This document shows positions 13,713 to 25,846 of a stretch of DNA of 64,000 nt, piece by piece. The stretch covers positions 986,721 to 1,050,720 of the forward strand of contig CM119271.1 in assembly GCA_051294375.1 (NCBI GenBank). The letters are read 5' to 3'. The stretch comes from Paraspadella gotoi. Taxonomy: Eukaryota > Animalia > Chaetognatha. Numbering within the stretch: position 1 is the first letter of the stretch; every line of letters starts with the position of its first letter. The position numbers and the translations under genes were made by a program. The notes under the pieces were generated by a model. The model saw only the letters and a program-made list of their open reading frames with translations, did no database searches and was not told where the DNA came from.

Positions 13713-14692
13713 AGCTGGACAGACGCTGCAAAGCCGGAACTCGTTTTTTAGAAGAAGCAGTGACGGAGAAAAAAGAGGAAGAGACGAGAGCGACATATAA
13801 TTAAAACGTTTTTGTTTTGTAAATAAAACATAAACAAATACCAATATTGATATGAAACATGAGAATTTTAAAGATCTTGGATGATTAGAAGCCATATATT
13901 GAAAATTCAACTCCCTATGATATCACACTTTCAGAAGCCATGGATTGCAAAAAAGCGAGACCGAAAGCTAAACCGAAAAAAAATCGAGACAGGACGGGCT
14001 TTGCCCGCTGGCTCGATACATAGAGGATTATTTGTATTGTTTGATAAAATGTTAAACAAAACATTTAATAACTGTCCTGACTCAATTTAAGGACATCGAT
14101 GATGACAAGCTGAATATAAATTATAATTAATCTATTAATTAATTAATTAATTAATCTATTAATTAATTAATTAATCTATTAATTAATTAATTAATTAATC
14201 AATTAATTAATTAATTATCGTAGGCAGATCCGACATTGTTTGCTCAAACTTGTTTTATTAATACAAAACAGTATTGACATAATCATAAACAGTAATAGTG
14301 TAAAAGACTGGAAAACTAAACTATGTTGTTGTTGTGTGATCGAAAAAACCTTAAATTTTTTTTCACAATTTGAATATGCCGGATGTATGCTATATGCCGA
14401 TCATTTTTTTACTGCCTATTTTTTGCCGGTTTATGGTTTAACTACCAACAATGTATCTATTTATCAAGTTCCATTAGTGAGGCAGTGATGAAGTTGAAAT
14501 GTGTGTCATGTTTCTTTGTTTCATATCGATTCAAGTATTTTTTGTTTGAATTTCCACTTCATTATAATTTACTGCAATATGCTAATTAGATTATAGTACT
14601 TACTGCAATATCAAATTAGTATATAGTAAACTATATTTTAATTTGGCGACGAGTAAACGAGTTCGCCAATGCAGTCGTCTGTTCAGCTTCTT

Positions 14693-14725
<33 letters not shown>

Positions 14726-15096
14726 ATCTCTCTTTCTGTCTCTTTCTCTCTTTACGATCTCTTGCGTGATCGTTCGTTTTTGATAAATTCTGATTATTTT
14801 TTTCCTTCTAAAAACTTTTATTATCGCCATTTATTCCGCGCTTTTTTCTCTTTACCAGGATTTTGTGGCCGTTGCGAGGCAACGAGTAAACAATGTCAAG
14901 GAACATGACTAAGTAACGCGATAACGCGATATTATTATTATTATTTGGAAGTCAAAAATATCATAGTCGTTAACTGAGTATTTTCAACTATATATTTTGT
15001 TAATAGGGATTATAATTTTTCAACGTACAAAAAATTTCTTATATGGCTTCTTTTCTCTCTCTCTCTCTCTTTCTCTCCCTCTCTTTCTCTCCCTCT

Positions 15097-15147
<51 letters not shown>

Positions 15148-15287
15148 TTTTTTTTTCTTCTAAAAACTTTTATTATCGCCTTTTATCCCCGCTGTTTTTC
15201 TCAATACAATATATAAAAATTCTGATTATTCTTTATATAAACGAGAGAGACCTAATAATGCGTTTCGTTGGCGGGAAAACTGTCCAG

Positions 15288-15325
<38 letters not shown>

Positions 15326-18300
15326 CCTCTTCTCTCTTCTCTCTCTTTCTCTCTTCTCTCTCTCTCCTCTCCCTACTCATACACGCATTTGTTTGTTTTA
15401 TTTACGATGAATGATTCATCGCAGTCAATGAATTACTATCATCGCATCAATGAATGACTATCATCGTATCAATGAATGAATTATCATCATATCAATAAAT
15501 GACTATCATCGCATCAATCATTTGATTATCATCACATCAAGTCATTTTGTTATCATCGCATCAATTATGTGGTTATCATCGCGTCAATATTTGGTTATCA
15601 TCGCATCAATATTTGGTTATCATCGCATCAATATTTGGTTACTATCGAAAGCGGCTCGATCCTTATGCTTTTAAGATTTTTTTTCTTTATTTTCAACCCT
15701 TTTAATCTTTTTAGTCGGTTCTGCTTATCAGCAGATTTCGACTCTATAATTCACTTTGTCGGTCCGTCGGTCCGTCCCCTCAATATTGTCGGGCATCAAC
15801 TTAAATCATGTGAGGACATCAAATTATGATAAATTACTTAAATGAAATTATTCTCAATATATTTAAATCATACACTTCCGCCCCAACCTTGATTCCCCTC
15901 GTTCCTGAATCCCCGCGAGGACCCGATGGACCCAAAGGTCCAGCGTCCCCCGTCTCGCCCGTGAGCCCCGTTCGCCATCCGTCGTCCCCTGGGGTCCCGG
16001 GTTCGCCTCTTTGGCCTTTAGACCCGGGGGGAGCTGGGTAGCCATCTTCGCCTGGAAATAAAATCTGCCATTATATATTTTCTTTTTGTCTTTCTTTCTT
16101 TCTCTCTTTCATTCTTTCGCGTCCTTCCTACCTGCCAGCCCAACGGCCCCCATGGCGCCCTTCCTTCCCGGCAGACCCGGTGCCCCCGAGATGCCGACAG
16201 GGCCGGGCATGCCCTTCAGCCCTGGCAGGGGCGGGCCTTGCGGGATTCCGTGGATGAATTCGTCGTCGCCTCGTTCGCCCTTTAAACCGGCGGCCCCCTT
16301 ACGAAAAAAAAAACAACAACAAAAAACAAAAGATCAATGTAATGTAAAAAAATGCATGATTTTTTTTTCATTTTCTAAACAAACATACTTTTTTACAACG
16401 AGGATACTATTAGTCCAATATAATAAACGCGGATTCATTTAATTATAAAGGACAACAACAACGACAACAACAACGACAACAATGGCATCGAACCTAGCCA
16501 AGTCATAACCGGCCCTTCACCAAAGTCAGTTGACTGACCTTATCCTCGTCCTATTTGATTGTTTAGCGTTTTATGTTATTTTTTTATTTCCCATTGTTAT
16601 GCCTTTTTAACTTACCTCCTCTCTCTTTTTCCCATCCAGACTTCTCCCGTTTCAGTATATATTTCTTTTGGCATTTACTTTACCGTTAGTTATATACACC
16701 ATTTTGGCCTCTCTTTACTCACCCGTGAGGACGAGTCAGCCTTACCCGACCCTAGTTAGAGTGGCATAAAGTTAGAGCAACGATGATCCTCCCTCAAACC
16801 GTTCACCTTTCTTCCCCACGTCCCGTCATCTCCCGATCGGCCCGCCGCGCCTTTCGGCCCCTTCAACCCGGGGCATCCCTCCATGCCGGGCTCGCCGGGC
16901 TCGCCGACTTTACCGGGCCGGCACTCGAGGCAATCCGCGCCGGCGTCGCCGACTCGGCCCGGCGCTCCGACGCCGCCCTTCGATCCCGGTTCCCCTGATG
17001 AGAGAGAAATATATATTTCTCTGGTAAGTTCTATTAAACTCACCCAAGCCAATCCAACGACTCTTTCCTCACCCGGAAATCCCTTCAGACCCAAGAGGCC
17101 GAGCGCGCCCTTCAGTCCCACGCAGCCCATCAGGCCGTCCAAGCCCCTCGCCCCTTTCAGCCCGTGCCGTCCCGGCAGTCCGTCGTAGCCTCGACGGCCG
17201 GGTTCGCCCGCTCCGCCGTCGACTCCGTCTTCCCCTCTTTCCCCAGCGACGCCCGGGAGGCCGACGAAAAAGACGCCGGGGGCGCCGGGTGGGCCGACGG
17301 TGCCGTTTCGGCCATCCACGCCGTCGGAGCCGGGGACGCCTGGAGATAGAGAAAGAGGAGGTGGGGGGACGAGATGGGGAAGAGATGGGGAGGAGATGGG
17401 GAATAGATGGAGGAGGAGATATGTGAAACAATGTTGGTTGTTTTCTTTCGATTGACGTCATTAATGACTGATTGATGATTAATGACTTAATGATTAATGA
17501 CTGATTGATGACTAATTAATGATTGATGCTTTTTTTAAACTTATTTCATGATTACTGAAAACTCAGTTATAAGTATATTATATATTATATATTATAACTC
17601 AATTATTTATATTATTTTTAAACGCATATTGAAAACTATACAACCAATATATACAATTATCCATTAATCTTATACACGATCCGTCTTTCCCTTCTTTCCT
17701 CACCCTTCTTCCCCTGCGGTCCGCGTTGGTCGGACGGCCATCCGTCCAGCCCGCACGTTCCGTTTTTGCCCCATCGCCCCCTAGGCCCTCGGCTGCCTGG
17801 ATCGCCCGTCGGGCCGCGCGACCCTTCGGGACCCGGCGGGCCATCTTCGCCTGTCAAGCCCGCGGAGCCTGTTTGGCCGGAGGAGCCCGGTCGGCCTGGC
17901 GAACCGTCGAGCGCGGCGTGGCCTGATTTATGGAGATTAAGAAATGAACTATTAACTAAATGAACTATTAACTATTAAACGATAATAAATTTATGATTTT
18001 CGTTAAAATTTTCTTTATTTGCTGTTTGGTTAGTTATATTCAGTTAGCCACTTATTACCCTCATTCGACAGAGGGCGATCGATTCTCTAAATAAAAACAA
18101 ATGATCATCGTTTCTTTCCCTCACCTTTGATGCCCTTTGGACCTTTATCTCCAGGTTCGCCCTTGAGTCCAACCGGGCCAGCCCCGCCCCTTTCGCCGGG
18201 CTCTCCTCGGCTCAGCGGGCCCGGCTCTCCGGGTTCGCCCTTAGCGCCCGGGACCCCTGATGGCTCGTCGCCCGGAGGACCTGTACGAGAGATGGCATCA

Positions 18301-18675
18301 GTGGAGAGTTTGGGATGGAGCAGGTTTAGTGACTCTTAAGAAGCAAGCTCATTTGCTCATCTGTCAGTCTTTATTTCTGTATTTCTGTCCGTCTCCCGGT
18401 CCGTCTAACTCGTTTGTTACATTGTTGTATTTTAGGCAGGCAGACGTTTTATGAAATTGGTACAACCAATATAAAAATTATTCATTCATTTAATAAATAA
18501 GCTATCTTGCCCCTGATTTTGGACAGGCTTAGGTGGTTTAAGGCCTCCATCACTCTTACAAGATAATGACATAGCAATTTGTACATAGTTAAATGCAAAG
18601 ATTCAGATATTTAAAACGAGGAATCTCGTCTTCCATGCAGCTTACAGTAGGAAAGTTGACACCCTTGTCTCTCTC

Positions 18676-18714
<39 letters not shown>

Positions 18715-21515
18715 CTCTCTCCTCTCTCTCTCTCCTCTCCTCTCTCTTCTCTCACTCTTCTCTCTCTCGGTTGTTACATTCAGAAATCATTTTTTCTGAA
18801 AATATTTCGTAACAAATATTCTTTTCTCTCATTTTTATTTTCTTCTAAATTCGTCGTTCCGATGGAAAGAAAAGTTAATGGGAAGGAAACGGTCGGCGTG
18901 AAATCCATCAAGTTGAACGAATGGAATCAAGAAATGGACGTGAAGTGAGATTTAAAAGGAAATTTGAATGGATAGTAGGGCAAAACAAATAAAAATGAAG
19001 CAATGAATGGAATGAAGCGATGTACATTATGATGCGATAAAATGAAGATATTTAATGATGCGATGTAATGAAAGCAAAAAAAAAAAAAAAAAAAAGAAGA
19101 AAGAGACGAAAAGCGATTTATTTCTCGTTTTCGCGAAGTCGATGAAGGAAGCGATTCGTCGTTGGCGGCGAACCAGGCGGAGAAAAAAGTCAATAAACAA
19201 ATGAGCAATGGAGAGATTGGGGGGAAAAAAGAGTCGTGGGGCAACTTTGATTTTAATTATAAAAAGAAAAACAAACAAAAATGTTGAAACTTTAGTCGTG
19301 CATTGAAGAAGTTTACCCCGCCTATAAGAATGACACCTACAGTCGTGACCCGGTGACTCATTGAGTAATACCATCAGCTCTTGAGCATTAGGTACCGGAA
19401 TCGACCAACCATGATACCTGATACCCTGCGGGAAGCGCCTTGGGGCCAGAAAAACAATCCAGCCTGTTTCCATGGCCAGGACCCTTTCCATGTCTGCCAG
19501 CGCGGGTTAAGGATGTAGCGGATAGCACTCTTCATCCCACTCAACCCTTTATCCAAAAAGACTTTAAAACTAACATAATTCTAAATTTAAGCAGATATGG
19601 CACGCTTTTGGATAATATGGCCAAAAGTTGTTTTTCTCTGAGGGTCAAACGCAACGCGAGCCCTCTTTCTCTCACTGACTGAGTTTCATCGACTCGTGAC
19701 TGTGAATCCATTTTCGTTTCACCGCGTGAGGCCATCTCCACTTTCGGTTTTCACTCGAGACTCAATCATGGTGAATTGTGAGGCCGGGAGTGTGAATGTC
19801 ACATCGCCGCTGGGTCATATGTCATTTCTTTGTATACAAAGCCCATCACAACCAGTTTCGTTGAACCAAATGCCATTAATCATCACGAATAAATAAAAAA
19901 CAATAAGTCAACATAATTTAAGCAAACTAATAATTGACCAAATCAGTCTTTGGTCATTTATTTAAAAGTTATTTATCCTGTGGCATTCATTCCATCTCTG
20001 GCAATTCTCCTCTGAAATTAATTGCAATTTGTTGCCAATTATTTCCATTGGCTGCATTTATTGCCAGTTAATGTCATGTATGCCATCTATTGCCATTTAC
20101 TACCATTAATTGCCATTTACAGCCATTCATCTCCATTAACTGCCATTGCTCACTCTTCATCCCACGACTACGTTGCGCCAGATCCGGCAGCAACAAGAAA
20201 GAACCAAATGAAAAGAGAACCGAAGACCGATTGCGAATTGCAATCCTCGCCTTCGTAACTAAAAATAACTCGACGCGTTTACGATCGACTTTTATTTATT
20301 TTTTTTTTCATTCCGCGAAAGGTTGTGGAGTGTGGACTCAGGAGTTACTATTTAATTGATTTTAATATTGATTCGACTGTTGTGACAAGCTTGAGAACGA
20401 AATGGAATAGATCGGGCGTCGCGAGCGGAAGCTGAAATTTTCATTTTCACTTTCGAACTTTTAACTTTGAAATTTTTTCAAGTAATACGTATTTACCGAT
20501 TTCTGTTGGAGATGTCTCAAAGTTTAAACTCTACATCAGACAAGCCCTATGTTTATTCTTTCGACTTCATCTTGGACGAGTTGGTGTGTATTGTGTGAAA
20601 GGGAAAGCGAGGTGAGGAGTGTGAATGGACGTTGGAGTGGCTCGGCGTGTGGGAGTGTGAGTTGGTCCCCTTTTCACATATTTTCCACTTTCTTCCACTT
20701 GACATCTTAAATTAAACCCGAATCTCGATCTCAATTGAATCTTTGCTTCAACTCAATTTTACGTCTTCACAAACCGTCAACCTCTTCGACGCTAACCTCA
20801 AGACTATCCTCGACGCTAACCTCACCACTATCCTCGACGCTAACCTCAACCACTATCCTGACGCTAACCTCACCACTATCCTCTGAGCGCTAACCTCACC
20901 ACTATCCTCGACGCTAACCTCACCACTATCCTCGACGCTATCCTCAACCGCTACCCTATTCGATGCTATCTTCAGCGCTATCCTTACATTCTCGCTGCTA
21001 TCCTCACCACTATCCTCACCACTATCCTCACCCTATTCGACGTTATCTTCAGCGCTATCCTTACATTCTTTGCTGCTATCCTCACCGCTATCCTCACCCT
21101 ATTCGACGCTATCTCAGCGCTATCCTTACATTCTTTGCTGCTATCCTCACCACTATCCTCACCACTATCCTCACCCTATTCGACGCTATCTTCAGCGCTA
21201 TCCTTAATTCTTTGCTGCTATCCTCACCCACTATCCTCACCCTATTCGACGCTATCTTCAGCGCTATCCTTACATCCTTTGCTGCTATCCTCACCGCTAT
21301 TCTCACAACTACGCCCTAACCCTCCTTACCGCTATCCTAAGCCTCCTCTGTGCTATCCTAATCGCAATCCTCTTACTTCTCACCGCTATCCTCGCCAATA
21401 ATCACGCCGCTATCCTCATCGCTAACCTCACCCTCCTCTCCTCTATCCTCACCTTTGTCCCCATCCAACCCGTCCAAACCCGGAAGTCCCGCGACGCCAT
21501 CTGCGCCTGGAGATC
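152..21515 (-). CDS. Second, diverged type IV collagen coding unit (unit B): C-terminal half of helix plus NC1, 14 visible exons, no 5' end found, continues beyond window start
   Basis: 10 Gly-X-Y exons (1852 nt) join in frame, then NC1 exons ([25 protein letters not shown]; NDYTYWLST; [22 protein letters not shown]). Four single-base deletions in three NC1 exons. Confidence 0.88.
612..731 (-). CDS. Unit B exon B13 (NC1; one apparent 1-nt deletion)
   Basis: [18 protein letters not shown] / [22 protein letters not shown]; 120 nt where 121 are needed. Confidence 0.85.
1487..1528 (-). ncRNA. Minimal type I hammerhead ribozyme (Penelope/retrozyme-like)
   Basis: gcg CUGAAGA a gacuca-aaauug-ugaguc GAAAC AU GUC ugc: full catalytic core, perfect 6-bp stem II, short stem I. 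Confidence 0.7.
1771..1886 (-). CDS. Unit B exon B12 (NC1)
   Basis: [39 protein letters not shown], 116 nt, phase 0-2. Confidence 0.92.
3411..3490 (-). CDS. Unit B exon B11 (NC1; two apparent 1-nt deletions)
   Basis: HSQT / [10 protein letters not shown] / [12 protein letters not shown] spread over three frames; 80 nt where 82 are needed. Confidence 0.8.
4255..4500 (+). mobile_element. Possible degenerate tRNA-derived SINE
   Basis: TAGCGCGTTGG...GGTCGCGGATTCTAGTCC A/B-box-like head and short (TAC)n tail; single copy in window. Confidence 0.3.
4923..5112 (-). CDS. Unit B exon B10 (helix/NC1 junction)
   Basis: GLDGLPG...[16 protein letters not shown], 190 nt, phase 1-2. Confidence 0.9.
6085..6312. 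repeat. 33-bp minisatellite (~7 units) with internal hairpin
   Basis: Unit AAAATGACAGACTGATAAACTGTCATTGTTGAC; ATGACAG/CTGTCAT pair within each unit. Confidence 0.9.
6812..7900. repeat. Long diverged inverted repeat (arms ~6812-7292 and ~7440-7900), each arm with a tRNA-like A/B-box head
   Basis: Arms are reverse complements by eye; B-boxes GGTTCGAATCC (7211-7221, minus) and GGTTCAAATCC (7512-7522, plus). Confidence 0.7.
8340..9138 (-). mobile_element. Degenerate Ty3/Gypsy LTR-retrotransposon integrase fragment
   Basis: [56 protein letters not shown] (rve core), then [13 protein letters not shown] and [10 protein letters not shown] (GPY/F motif); frameshifted. Confidence 0.9.
9448..9706 (-). 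CDS. Unit B exon B9
   Basis: GQFGVSG...[15 protein letters not shown]...GPG, 259 nt, phase 0-1. Confidence 0.88.
9979..10158 (-). CDS. Unit B exon B8
   Basis: [19 protein letters not shown]...GRP, 180 nt, phase 0-0. Confidence 0.88.
11504..14253 (+). mobile_element. Non-autonomous Helentron/HINE-like element
   Basis: Same 5' hairpin/subterminal repeat, (CCGT)n at ~11665-11700, internal tandem subrepeats, same 3' end TAGGCAGATCCGACATTGTTTGCTCAAACTTGT. Confidence 0.7.
15713..15835 (+). mobile_element. 5' fragment of the HINE-like family (another at ~54150-54245)
   Basis: AGTCGGTTCTGCTTATCAGCAGATTTCGACTCTATAATTCACTTTGTCGGTCCG matches 11504 onward. Confidence 0.6.
15888..16051 (-). CDS. Unit B exon B7
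   Basis: [10 protein letters not shown]...[12 protein letters not shown], 164 nt, phase 1-0. Confidence 0.88.
16132..16297 (-). CDS. Unit B exon B6
   Basis: [29 protein letters not shown]..., 166 nt, phase 0-1. Confidence 0.88.
16807..16994 (-). CDS. Unit B exon B5
   Basis: [27 protein letters not shown], 188 nt, phase 1-0. Confidence 0.88.
17073..17339 (-). CDS. Unit B exon B4
   Basis: [23 protein letters not shown], 267 nt, phase 1-1. Confidence 0.88.
17704..17922 (-). CDS. Unit B exon B3
   Basis: [10 protein letters not shown]...[22 protein letters not shown], 219 nt, phase 1-1. Confidence 0.88.
18125..18280 (-). CDS. Unit B exon B2
   Basis: [12 protein letters not shown]...GPKGIK, 156 nt, phase 1-1. 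Confidence 0.88.
18448..18578 (+). repeat. Dispersed interspersed repeat family (copies ~26745-26912 +, ~27520-27700 -, ~32410-32530 +, ~41010-41178 -)
   Basis: Shared core AATAAATAAGCTATCTTGCCCCTGACTTTGGACAGGCTT..GGTTTAAGGCCTCCATCACTCTTACAAGATAATGACATAG. Confidence 0.8.
19294..19530 (-). repeat. Dispersed repeat homologous to ~5830-6076 (+)
   Basis: Shared blocks ACCTAATG..GAGCTGATG..TTACTCAAT..TTATAGGCGGGGTAAACTT..CAATGC.CGACTA. Confidence 0.7.
20785..21445. repeat. Degenerate 12/24-bp tandem array (CTATCCTCACCA-like) abutting the exon B1 donor
   Basis: Repeated gctatcctcacc/gctaacctcacc units with higher-order repeats. Confidence 0.85.
21453..21515 (-). CDS. Unit B exon B1
   Basis: [21 protein letters not shown], 63 nt, phase 1-1, strong acceptor and GTGAG donor. 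Confidence 0.88.
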
Positions 21516-24050
21516 CTGAAACGAGAAAAACAAAAGAATTGGGAGAAACGAAAAGGAACGAAACGAACGAACGAACAAACGAACGATAAAAAAGCCACGC
21601 CCCAAAAATAAACAGTGATGCGAAAACAGAGAAAACTCTTGTGAATCAAAAATCGTGAATTCGTGATGGATTATGTATTTGTGAAGTGATTCAGGTTTTT
21701 AGTTTCACCGATGGAGACGACCTTGAACTTTCGGCTTCTGAGCGTCAAGGTTACTTTTTTGTTTTTTACAAAATACTTTAGAATGATAAGATCAAATAGT
21801 ATAAAAAAATATTGTTAAAATGAAAGAGGAGTAAAAAAGAGAGAAAAAAAAGAGTGAGAGATAAAATGAACCAACAATGAAATATATTAGTCCCGTCTGC
21901 AAATTTTGTTTATATTTACACGCAAATAGGCTGCAACAATACATCTATTAAAAAAAATAAACAAACGTGAAATTCTATGTAGAATTAGAAAGAAAACTTT
22001 AACAGAGGAACGAATTTGGTAACTAAATACAGGATACACTCATTAAAACTATATCACTGCGAATATTACACTTTATAGGCAAAGAGTATCATTGTCAACA
22101 GGAAATCTTTTTTTTTAATATGCCGCGGAAATTTCCAATACTGTAATACTACAAAAGGAAGATTAACGAATGACGCGTTGCAGGAATGACGAGGGAAATG
22201 CAATTGTGGGGATGATGATTGCGTTTTGGCGCGAGCATATATTGGTAATACTTTAAGTTAAAAAAACATTATTGTAGCTTAAAAATAACCAATTATAAAT
22301 CTTATTTATTTATATATCCGAGTTTTAATTTTTTTGGAAATCAAACTTTCTCCTTTCGATGAAACTTTGGAGCAAGGTGGCGCTGTATTTGGGATCAGTT
22401 GGAGTTGGGATCAGCTGGAGTCAAGCTTTGAGGTTATCCATCCATCGTGGTATGTGCAAAATTCATTCATTCATTCATTTTTACTTCTCCAATCAAGAGA
22501 TAGTCGATTGTTTTTGTAAAAAAAGTTAAAACTCGGAGAGATATACCTACAAAGAAACTATGTTTAGTTTAATTGTTTATGTGAACATTTTTTATATCAC
22601 ATACACCAAAACGCAATTTAGCGATGCATTTTTTAAAAAATGGGCAGTGAGACGCTGTCCGTTGCCGCCTTTAACGAACAAAAAAAAATCACAATTTCTT
22701 TTCGTTATAAACGGATCATATACTGTACAACATTTTCAATTGCGAGCTAAAAATTATATAATTATCCACAAGCGAGGGGTAGGTTGTGTACATTTATAAA
22801 CAAAAATCATAATTAACATATTTTTTTAATTGTTTGTTTTGGATTTTTTGGTTTTTGCTTTTTAAATATTTTTACATTCTTCAGGACTAGGAAAAGGAAA
22901 TAATTTATATTTTTTAAACATTAAACGAATTAAACAAACTATTGACAAAAGAAAGAAAACGCGACCTCTGAGTTGCTCTTTTTTTTTCTCGATTTGATCG
23001 AAAATCGAAAAATCGAATTACGAAATGTTTTATTTATTGATTGAAGGTGGAGCATCGACAGAGAGAGAGAGAGAGAGTGGGGGGAGAAAGAGAGAGAGAG
23101 AGACGCTTTGTCTCTCTCTCTCTCTCCCGATCCTCCATCTTCAAATTCAATTCTTTCATTCGAAAAATCACATCCGATCAAATTTAAAAAAAAAAAAAAA
23201 CGAAACAAAATTATAACATTTGTTTTGCAAATTTGTTTAACCGCACGAGAATTGCCCAACACTTTTTTCTAAGTTGTCGGAATTGAATTTTGTTTGTGTA
23301 CCAGTTTAAAAAAAATAGTTTGTAATAATTATATACGTATCAAAATGGCATATTCTTAAACAAAAAAGTCCAATAACGACAACTTGTTCAACTTTTTTCA
23401 GTCTAAACACAAAATAAGATTTCGACCGCCGACTCCGCAGCAGCGCCAAGACGCGACAGAGCAGCGTCAGCCGCATCCTTTTGCTCAATGCCGGGATACG
23501 GTACAAAAATAAATCGTCGCATCCTTTGCCAATGCCGAGATACGGAAGATGCTGCGTCTGTAGCGAAACTCGCGAAGCGGTAGACATTGCGTTCGTAGAG
23601 AAGAAAAAAAAATGCATTAATACTAAAGGGGAAAAAAATAATGAAATCACAGTTTGATTCGCTCTTTCTTTTTTCTTTTTTTTCGTTTTTTTTTTCTGGC
23701 TTTCTTTCAAGTTGGAGAAAGAAGGGAGGAAAGGGAGGAGGAGGAAGAAGAGGAGGAAAGGGAGGAGGAGGAAGAAGAGGAGGAAAGGAAAGGAAAGAAG
23801 AAAAGATAATAAAAAGGAGAAATATTAAAAAAAAGATTTTAAGGAATTAACTAAGTCTATTTTTAGTAAATTCGATGCCGATTATTGATTTCCGCTTTCG
23901 ACGTTCGTTGGCGAGCGCCGGCGTGAGAGAGGGGCGCCGCCTTAGAGACGCCGTCACGATGACGCCGGTGGGATGGCACCGCGACGCCGGGATAGAACAT
24001 TTTGGGCCCTCCGACGCTGGGAAAGTCTCGACGAAAAGGGAAAAAGGGAA

Positions 24051-24729
24051 NNNNNNNNNNNNNNNNNNNNNNNNNNNNNNNNNNNNNNNNNNNNNNNNNN
24101 NNNNNNNNNNNNNNNNNNNNNNNNNNNNNNNNNNNNNNNNNNNNNNNNNNNNNNNNNNNNNNNNNNNNNNNNNNNNNNNNNNNNNNNNNNNNNNNNNNNN
24201 NNNNNNNNNNNNNNNNNNNNNNNNNNNNNNNNNNNNNNNNNNNNNNNNNNNNNNNNNNNNNNNNNNNNNNNNNNNNNNNNNNNNNNNNNNNNNNNNNNNN
24301 NNNNNNNNNNNNNNNNNNNNNNNNNNNNNNNNNNNNNNNNNNNNNNNNNNNNNNNNNNNNNNNNNNNNNNNNNNNNNNNNNNNNNNNNNNNNNNNNNNNN
24401 NNNNNNNNNNNNNNNNNNNNNNNNNNNNNNNNNNNNNNNNNNNNNNNNNNNNNNNNNNNNNNNNNNNNNNNNNNNNNNNNNNNNNNNNNNNNNNNNNNNN
24501 NNNNNNNNNNNNNNNNNNNNNNNNNNNNNNNNNNNNNNNNNNNNNNNNNNNNNNNNNNNNNNNNNNNNNNNNNNNNNNNNNNNNNNNNNNNNNNNNNNNN
24601 NNNNNNNNNNNNNNNNNNNNNNNNNNNNNNNNNNNNNNNNNNNNNNNNNNNNNNNNNNNNNNNNNNNNNNNNNNNNNNNNNNNNNNNNNNNNNNNNNNNN
24701 NNNNNNNNNNNNNNNNNNNNNNNNNNNNN
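24051..24729. other. Assembly gap (679 N) between units A and B
   Basis: Run of N; other gaps at 54095-54119, 56854-57140, 57408-57432 and 58139-58163. Confidence 0.99.
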
Positions 24730-25751
24730 TCTCTCCCTCTCTTCCTCTATTCCTCCATCTTCCCCCAACTCTTTGAACAACATTCTCGCTGCAGCCTCTC
24801 AAAGCTTTGTCGCCTTGTAGTCGGCATTGCGTAAGTCCGACCCGCTAGTAAACATGGAACGTTGAGTCGTGACCCGGTTCTAACCCCAGGACCAGTTCCA
24901 TGGCTGCTTGAAGGGGTACAAGAAGTTGCGGAGAGCAATCTTCAGCCCGCTTGGCGCTACAGTTTCAAATATCAAACAGCTTTAAGACTTAAGAGTGCCT
25001 TTCAAGTCGATAATATCAGTGTCAGATTACCTAACGACGACAACAACTGCGGGGAACAATAACAACAACAACAACGGAAACGAAAGGAATTTCTCCTCGT
25101 TTTTCGTTCGCCTCATCTGGAAAATCTCGTTCAATCTCGATTCTATTCTTTGTTTTTTTACGAATTACGTAAGCGGTCAACTAATGTATATATCCGGTCA
25201 GTTTTGTCCGTTCAATTATTTTTTTGGTTTACTTTTTATTATAATCTTTTAATAACAACAATTTTTTTTAAAAATCTTGAACTTTTTTAATCCCGTTTTT
25301 TTTTTCAAAAAATCCTAATAAGTCTTTATAGAAACCTAATCTTTATAATTTTATCCATTTTTAAAAAAATTTACGTTGCAGTAGCGCTTAACTTAAAATC
25401 CCCTGAAAGCGCTTCACATGTACTAGCGAAACCACTGGTTAATTTCGTTTCTCGTTTTCTCTACCGTTTTTTTTTTTATTTGTTCTAATTTTTTTCTCAC
25501 TAATCAAATTAATTTCGAATCGATGGTTTTGTTCTCTTAAACGTTTTTTTTTTTCATGTCCAGATGAGATAAAAATACCTCGATCGCCCAAATGGGGAGA
25601 GGGGGAGAGGGGGGGAGAGGGGGGAGAGGCGGAAATGTGGAATAAAAACGAAAAACGAAAATAAAAATGAGAGAAAAAACGGAAATGGGAATGAAAAAAA
25701 TGCGGTGGAGACTCGTAAGACCGATCAAGTCAAAATGAGGTTTCTGAGGCT

Positions 25752-25846
<95 letters not shown>

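Noticed and set aside
22370-22387. CTCF-like motif AGCAAGGTGGCGCTG between units A and B
   Set aside because: A single imperfect short motif that cannot be distinguished from chance without ChIP or conservation data.
23420-23546. MRLTLLCRVLALLR ORF as a possible signal-peptide exon for unit B
   Set aside because: Short hydrophobic core broken by Arg, only a weak GTCGGC donor, and the ATG lies in a local ~28-bp direct repeat. Not excluded, but unsupported.
23863-24050. GC-rich segment containing ASRCH as the last NC1 exon of A
   Set aside because: No KP..TLK motif and no second cysteine (SRCxVC) in any frame.
23863-24834. Long ORFs of 267-319 aa in the ORF track
   Set aside because: They only read through the N-gap.
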